From contig QHVH01000023.1 of NCBI GenBank assembly GCA_003222245.1, forward strand, positions 21,215 to 85,214: a DNA stretch of 64,000 nucleotides, read 5' to 3'. Source of the stretch: Blastocatellia bacterium AA13. GTDB taxonomy: Bacteria; Acidobacteriota; Blastocatellia; UBA7656. Position numbers and translations under genes: made by a program. Positions 59,004 to 64,000 of this stretch are shown here, piece after piece. The notes below the pieces were generated by a model that did not search any database, was not told the origin of the DNA, and saw only the letters and a program-made list of their open reading frames with translations. The stretch's first letter is position 1. Every line of letters starts with the position of its first letter.

Positions 59004-59158
59004 CAGAGGACTATGTGTTAACCGAATTACGGCGGCGCTCTTTCTTGACGATAAAACACTTGAAAGCGTGAGAGCCTCAATGAGTTCATAGAACCCAGAC
59101 GCGATTATTGATCCTGTGTGATATAAAATCAGCCGGGCGGATTTCTTCAGGAGGATAT

Positions 59159-61159
59159 ATGAAACCAGCGCGCGTATTCGGAATTCTACTTCTAATCTGT
59201 TGCTTGTCTATGGGCGTGATCGGCATTTCTCACGTCTCCGGCTTCGATCAACAGACCGATGATCAGAAAAAGAAGGCTCAATCACAATCCGCGGATCAGA
59301 AGAGACAGTATCCCGCGCTGCCCAGCGAAACGCCCCAGAAGTTCGAGCCGACGAACTACGGCTTTGACTACTCGCGGCGCGACGTGATGATTCCGATGCG
59401 CGATGGAATCAAGCTTCATACCGTGATCCTCGTGCCGAAGGGCGCGAACCGCGCTCCGATACTGCTGACTCGCACGCCCTACAATGCCAGCGAGCTTACA
59501 GGCCACGCCGACAGCTCGCATCTCGGCCCGATACTAACCGGCTACGATAACGCAACGGATGTGATCGTAGATGGAGGCTATATTCGAGTTGTTCAGGATA
59601 TTCGGGGCAAGTACGGCTCGGAAGGCGACTATGTTATGAATCGTCCGGTGCAGGGTCCGCGGAACCCGACGCCGGTCGATCATGCCACCGACACCTACGA
59701 CACTATTGACTGGCTCGTGAAGAATGTATCGGAGAGCAACGGCCGCGTAGGAATACTCGGCATTTCTTACGACGGCTTTCTTCCATTGATGGCGCTCATC
59801 AACCCGCACCCGGCGCTGAAAGTCTCGGTTCCGATGAACCCGATGGTCGACGGTTGGATGGGAGACGACTGGTTTCACAACGGCGCCTTCAGACTGCCCA
59901 ATATGAGCTACATATATGATCAGCAAGCCACTCGCGGCAACGAGCTGAGGTGGTGGACAAGCCACTTCGACGAATATGACACCTTCATGGAGGCGGGTTC
60001 CGCGGGCGAGTTAGGACGCAGGCGCGGACTGGAACAAACCGGCTTCTGGAGAAAGATTCTGGAGCATCCGGCTTACGACGCATTCTGGCGAGATCAGGCG
60101 ATGGATCGGATTCTGGCGGCGCAGCCGTTGAAAGTTCCGGTTATGCTCGTACACAGCCTTTGGGATCAGGAAGACATCTACGGCGACATCGCGGTCTATA
60201 AGGCAATCAAACCGAAGGATACAAACAACGACAAGGTCTTTCTCGTGATGGGTCCGTGGCATCACGGACAGGAGATTCTCGACGGCAGCGCTCTCGGAGC
60301 GGTGAAGTTCGGCAGCGACACGGCACAGTATTTCCGGCGCGAGATACTGAGGCCGTTTCTCGATCATTACCTCAAAGATGATGCTCCAAGGGCCGACGTC
60401 CCGCCGGTGATCGCGTTTGAAACCGGAACAAACACCTGGAGGCGATTGCCGTCGTGGCCCTCCGGCTGCGCAAGCGGATGCAGCGTGAAACCGACTCCGC
60501 TATATCTGACCAGCGGCCTGAAACTCAGCTTCAACTCTCCGACGTCCAGTGATCACGCATTCGAAGAATACATCTCTGATCCCGCCAAACCAGTTCCGTA
60601 TCGCGCGCGGCCTATAGACAAACCGTCATGGTCGCGATGGCTGGTGGACGACCAACGTGAAGCGTCAGGCCGTCCGGACGTGGTCGCGTTCGTCTCCGAC
60701 GTCATCACCGATCCCGTGAAAATAAGCGGACAGCCGCTTGTCAATCTCATAGCCTCGACCAGCGGTACGGATTCGGATTGGGTAGTGAAGGTAATCGACT
60801 TGTATCCTGACGAAGTTGCCGGTCAGCCGAATATGGGCGGATATCAATTGATGATCTCCGCGGACATCTTCCGCGGGCGTTATCGCGAGAGTTTCGAAAC
60901 GCCAAAGGCGATCGAATCGAACAAACCGCTGCCCTACCGCTTCGCTCTGCCGACTGCGAATCACGTTTTTCTGAAGGGCCATCGAATTATGGTTCAGATT
61001 CAGTCGACGTGGTTTCCGCTCTACGACAGAAACCCTCAGACATTTGTGCCGAACATCTTCTGGGCCAAACCCGGAGACTACCGAAAAGCCGTGCAGCGAA
61101 TCTATCACGCTCCTGGAGAAGCCAGCTTCAGAGAGCTGCCGCTCGTAACCACACCGTAG
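59159..61159 (+). CDS. CocE/NonD-family hydrolase (S15 X-Pro dipeptidyl-peptidase-like), secreted
   Basis: Start is [14 protein letters not shown] (signal peptide). Motifs: [17 protein letters not shown]...RTPYNA...GISYDGF (Ser nucleophile). Confidence 0.8.
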   Translation: MKPARVFGILLLICCLSMGVIGISHVSGFDQQTDDQKKKAQSQSADQKRQYPALPSETPQKFEPTNYGFDYSRRDVMIPMRDGIKLHTVILVPKGANRAPILLTRTPYNASELTGHADSSHLGPILTGYDNATDVIVDGGYIRVVQDIRGKYGSEGDYVMNRPVQGPRNPTPVDHATDTYDTIDWLVKNVSESNGRVGILGISYDGFLPLMALINPHPALKVSVPMNPMVDGWMGDDWFHNGAFRLPNMSYIYDQQATRGNELRWWTSHFDEYDTFMEAGSAGELGRRRGLEQTGFWRKILEHPAYDAFWRDQAMDRILAAQPLKVPVMLVHSLWDQEDIYGDIAVYKAIKPKDTNNDKVFLVMGPWHHGQEILDGSALGAVKFGSDTAQYFRREILRPFLDHYLKDDAPRADVPPVIAFETGTNTWRRLPSWPSGCASGCSVKPTPLYLTSGLKLSFNSPTSSDHAFEEYISDPAKPVPYRARPIDKPSWSRWLVDDQREASGRPDVVAFVSDVITDPVKISGQPLVNLIASTSGTDSDWVVKVIDLYPDEVAGQPNMGGYQLMISADIFRGRYRESFETPKAIESNKPLPYRFALPTANHVFLKGHRIMVQIQSTWFPLYDRNPQTFVPNIFWAKPGDYRKAVQRIYHAPGEASFRELPLVTTP

Positions 61160-61200
61160 CTTCGGGAAGGGGCTTCGGGAAAGGGGCTTCGGGAAAGGGG
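61160..61200 (+). repeat. Triple tandem 13-14-nt repeat (CTTCGGGAA(A)GGGG x3) immediately after the CocE/NonD stop
   Basis: Copies at 61160-61172, 61173-61186 and 61187-61200. Confidence 0.7.
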
Positions 61201-61579
61201 CCCGTCGAAACTTCATCGCCAAAATTTTGGTGTGATGTTTTACCCGGAATAATCATTTCCAGTTGAGAAGCCATTCCCCGGACCGTTCTCCTGGGGGCGC
61301 GCGCTCCCAGGTGCGAAGAAAGCTCAGGTAACTTTCTGGGGGATCCAGGAGCGAACCGATGCGAGCGCGGAAAAGACGAAATTAGCGTTTCGTAACAGCT
61401 TAATTTTTTCAAAAGAATTCAATTCAACTTTGCGTCTAGCCCTATTGAAGGCGGCGCGGCATTTCAGCGGGCCTCTGGTCAGCAAAATAGAGCAAGACAA
61501 TCTGATCGAGCTCGGAGCTCGGTTCATCGATCTCCATCTGGATGTTTGATCCGGATGCCGGCTGGATAGCGAGGAATTT

Positions 61580-63211
61580 ATGGAGACCATTATCGGATGG
61601 TTCAAAACGAATCTCGGTGAGCGATTTTCGGCAAGCCCATACAACGTGATTATGATGGCGATCTTGACGATCGTAATACTGGCTCTGCTCGCTTCTCTCG
61701 CGTTCAAGAGGTGGAAATCGCAGCGCGCGAATCAATTCCTGACCATTGTAATCGCGGCCTTACTGCTCTTAATCGTGAGCGCCGAGCCAACCTTCCGGTG
61801 GCAGCTCGTCGTGGCGCTGCTGCCCGCCATAATGGTCGCCTATCAGGCGTTCTTCCTGTGGCTCTACCATCCAAAATCTAAAAAGAAATCAAGCGATTCG
61901 ATGAACGGCCAGGCAACGGACTATGGCCCAACCTCGGACGATGTTGAGCGGGCGCAACGGGCGGTAGACAGTCATTTCGGGCTTAGAACACTCTCTATTC
62001 GATACGGTTTTCCCGCGATTCTGCTCGGCTTGACCGGAATCGTCGTACTCAATGTTCTCGTATCCCCGACCCTGTTTCTCCCATCGCTCACAGCCGAGGC
62101 AGTGACCGGCATCAAGTTCGGCGCCGTCGGCTCCTATATATACGTTCTTATCGAGCTGGGGCGTAGGACATTTCGCCACGATGTGACCGGGGCCAGCGCG
62201 ATGTGGTGTTTGGTCACGCTTATTTTAGGACCCGTGCTCGCCGCAACGGTGGCCATCTTATGGCACATGAAGCAGCCTGACGATCAAGGCTGGTGGGCCG
62301 GCGGTGTCGTTCTCTTTTTTGCCGGGTTTGCGCCCCGGAGAGTTATCGCCGCCATAGAGCAAGCAGCCATTCAACTGCTGAAGGTTGGAGGCCAGACCGC
62401 AGTTGTAGAAAATCGTCAAATTCCGCTTGGCAAGATTCGCGGCATCGGTCCCCAGGTCGAAGAAAGGCTCAGCGAAGAAGGCATTCTCGATGTGAACTCG
62501 CTTGCGACAGCCGAGCCTCTTCGCTTGATTCGAAACACCAGCTTCGATATGAAACAGATACTCGGCTGGATCGACGAGGCAATTCTTCTGGTAACTCTTC
62601 CAAAGGGATGGGAGGCGCTCGAGGACCACGGAATCACGGGAGCTATAGACCTTGCCTGGTACAACAATCAGCTTGACACTGTTGCGCAGCCATTCACGGA
62701 CGCCGGACTGCCCCAGGAGATCAAGGATATTGCCAACGCCGCCAAGATCTCACCCGCCTCGAACCTGGCTTCGACGATTGTTCGCCTCTATGAAGACCGA
62801 CAGGTGCAGTACATCTGGGCGCTCTATAACAGTTTTTCGGAGTTTGCCGGAGGCGACGACGAGGGACAGAGTGTTAGCGCGCCGCGATGGACCAAATGTT
62901 TTATTCCGGAGATTAAAGACGGCTTCGACCGCCTCCTGATAGAAGAGATCATAAAACAAGAGCTTCCGCTCACCATTGTGACCGAACCGGGCGACGCTGC
63001 GTACGAGATCACCTGCTCGTCCACGACGGCCGAAGACAAATCTAAGGCCTACAACGTTCGTCTAATCGAACCCAAATCCGGCTCAGTGATCTGGGCAGGC
63101 GACGCGAGCGAGAAATCGATCTGGCCGGCATTCGTTGGAAGATCCGGGCCAAGAGGCGCCGCCGCCCGCATTGTTTCTAAGATGAAGAATGCCCTCGCCG
63201 GCAAGGGCTGA
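61580..63211 (+). CDS. Large polytopic membrane protein with cytoplasmic helix-hairpin-helix motif; function unknown
   Basis: 543 aa with ~7 predicted TM helices in the first ~300 aa, then IPLGKIRGIGPQVEERLSEEGILDVNSLATAEPLRL (HhH-like) and a ~230-aa soluble C-terminal region. I recognise no family signature. Confidence 0.5.
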   Translation: METIIGWFKTNLGERFSASPYNVIMMAILTIVILALLASLAFKRWKSQRANQFLTIVIAALLLLIVSAEPTFRWQLVVALLPAIMVAYQAFFLWLYHPKSKKKSSDSMNGQATDYGPTSDDVERAQRAVDSHFGLRTLSIRYGFPAILLGLTGIVVLNVLVSPTLFLPSLTAEAVTGIKFGAVGSYIYVLIELGRRTFRHDVTGASAMWCLVTLILGPVLAATVAILWHMKQPDDQGWWAGGVVLFFAGFAPRRVIAAIEQAAIQLLKVGGQTAVVENRQIPLGKIRGIGPQVEERLSEEGILDVNSLATAEPLRLIRNTSFDMKQILGWIDEAILLVTLPKGWEALEDHGITGAIDLAWYNNQLDTVAQPFTDAGLPQEIKDIANAAKISPASNLASTIVRLYEDRQVQYIWALYNSFSEFAGGDDEGQSVSAPRWTKCFIPEIKDGFDRLLIEEIIKQELPLTIVTEPGDAAYEITCSSTTAEDKSKAYNVRLIEPKSGSVIWAGDASEKSIWPAFVGRSGPRGAAARIVSKMKNALAGKG

Positions 63212-63306
63212 ATTTCGACGCGGCTTTCCAGCTCTCAAACTCTCATCACCATCCTGCCCATCGTCTCGGTCATGTGATATTGTCGAACCCCGAAGGAGAA
63301 CGTCGT

Positions 63307-64000
63307 ATGGACAGTATGGACGAAAAAGAAAGTCTGAACTCATCCCTCTTTTCGAGACGCTCATTTTTAGCGACTTCACTTATGGCGCTGCCTTCCTTGA
63401 AGGCGCTTTCGGCAATCTCTACAGCTCCGAAGCCTGATCAAAACTGGCCGGAGTTTCGAGGCCCCGGCGCACGAGGCGTAGCCGACGGCTATCCGACCCG
63501 GGCCTCATGGAACGTAGACAGTTCGTCGGGCAAGACATCCGGTCTGCTCTGGCGCATCGACGTTCCCGGACTCAGTCATTCCAGCCCGATCATCTGGGGC
63601 GATCAGCTCTTTATTGCAACCGTAGTCAAATTATCCGGCAAGGCCACTCTGCGAACCGGCTACTACGGAGACGTGAGAACGGCGAAGGACAACGACCAGC
63701 AGAAGTGGACCGTTCTCTGCTTCGACAAGAAGACCGGAAAGAAACGATGGGAACACACGGTCAAGACCGGCAAGCCCGCTACTGAAAGACACGAGAAATC
63801 CTCGCACGCAAATACGACGCTGGTTACCGACGGACGGAAGCTGCTGGCGTTCTTTGGATCGGAAGGTCTGTATTGCTTCGATCTGACCGGGAAATTGCTT
63901 TGGAGCAAGGACCTCGGGGTGATCAACAACAGTTGGCACGGTATCGGGTGGGGATACAGCAGCTCTCCGGCATTGAATGGCGACCGAATCGCGCTTCTTT
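63307..64000 (+). CDS. PQQ-like beta-propeller repeat protein, Tat-secreted (partial; continues past the window end)
   Basis: Manual translation MDSMDEKESL...SRRSFLATSLMALPSLKA (twin-arginine), then PQQ/BamB-like repeats (SSPIIWGDQLFIAT..., KRWEH..., LYCFDLTGKLLWSKDLG). Not in the ORF track because it is edge-truncated. Confidence 0.65.
   Translation, partial: MDSMDEKESLNSSLFSRRSFLATSLMALPSLKALSAISTAPKPDQNWPEFRGPGARGVADGYPTRASWNVDSSSGKTSGLLWRIDVPGLSHSSPIIWGDQLFIATVVKLSGKATLRTGYYGDVRTAKDNDQQKWTVLCFDKKTGKKRWEHTVKTGKPATERHEKSSHANTTLVTDGRKLLAFFGSEGLYCFDLTGKLLWSKDLGVINNSWHGIGWGYSSSPALNGDRIALL

Noticed and set aside
1-64000. Scan for rRNA, tRNA and CRISPR arrays
   Set aside because: No rRNA-like conserved stretches, no cloverleaf-sized GC-rich islands with tRNA hallmarks and no short regularly spaced direct repeats were seen by eye. 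A tRNAscan/Infernal run would be needed to exclude tRNAs definitively.

Overview
High-GC chromosomal segment, probably from an Acidobacteriota-like soil bacterium (inferred from sortilin/BNR proteins, tandem cyclophilin and overall gene content). I saw no rRNA, tRNA or CRISPR array. All calls come from reading the supplied ORF translations plus manual translation and motif recognition, with no database searches. Starts in the ORF track can be GTG or TTG.

The window is mostly housekeeping operons:
- yacL-ispD-ispF-deoA, translationally coupled, followed by a BMP nucleoside-binding lipoprotein.
- hemB, an MFS transporter, and dnaE.
- A hydantoin/dihydropyrimidine catabolic cluster: D-aminoacylase, alpha/beta hydrolase, dihydropyrimidinase, NCS1 permease, carbon-nitrogen hydrolase (carbamoylase/beta-ureidopropionase type) and a luciferase-like oxidoreductase.
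- hisE-trpE-(tandem cyclophilin PPIase)-trpG-trpC-trpF-trpB-trpA on the minus strand.
- bfr, glutaryl-CoA dehydrogenase, xdhC and an asparaginase-family hydrolase.
- A nucleotide-sugar cluster: ugd-uxs-cupin-degT.
- ArsR, a lytic transglycosylase, MscS, Uma2, methionine salvage mtnB-mtnD-mtnC, and a CocE/NonD hydrolase.

The stand-out is a roughly 2.4 kb lower-GC islet at about 14.5-16.9 kb, bracketed by a perfect 19-bp direct repeat. It carries a three-gene minus-strand operon: DUF4160 protein, then a DUF2442 protein with N- and C-terminal extensions, then a SecB-like chaperone. The gene order, the 8-nt and 26-nt coding overlaps and the long C-terminal tail all match a tripartite toxin-antitoxin-chaperone (TAC) module. 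To my knowledge TAC systems have not been described around a DUF4160/DUF2442 pair.

Other notable items:
- A 603-aa SIR2-like (SIR2_2) NADase domain fused to three near-identical TPR repeats, sitting just downstream of the trp operon. It is a candidate single-gene defence NADase.
- An apparent pair of compensating +1/-1 indels in the AMP-dependent ligase at the left edge.
- A large 7-TM protein with a helix-hairpin-helix motif and no recognisable family.
- A nested palindrome upstream of the carbon-nitrogen hydrolase gene.
- Several terminator-like hairpins.
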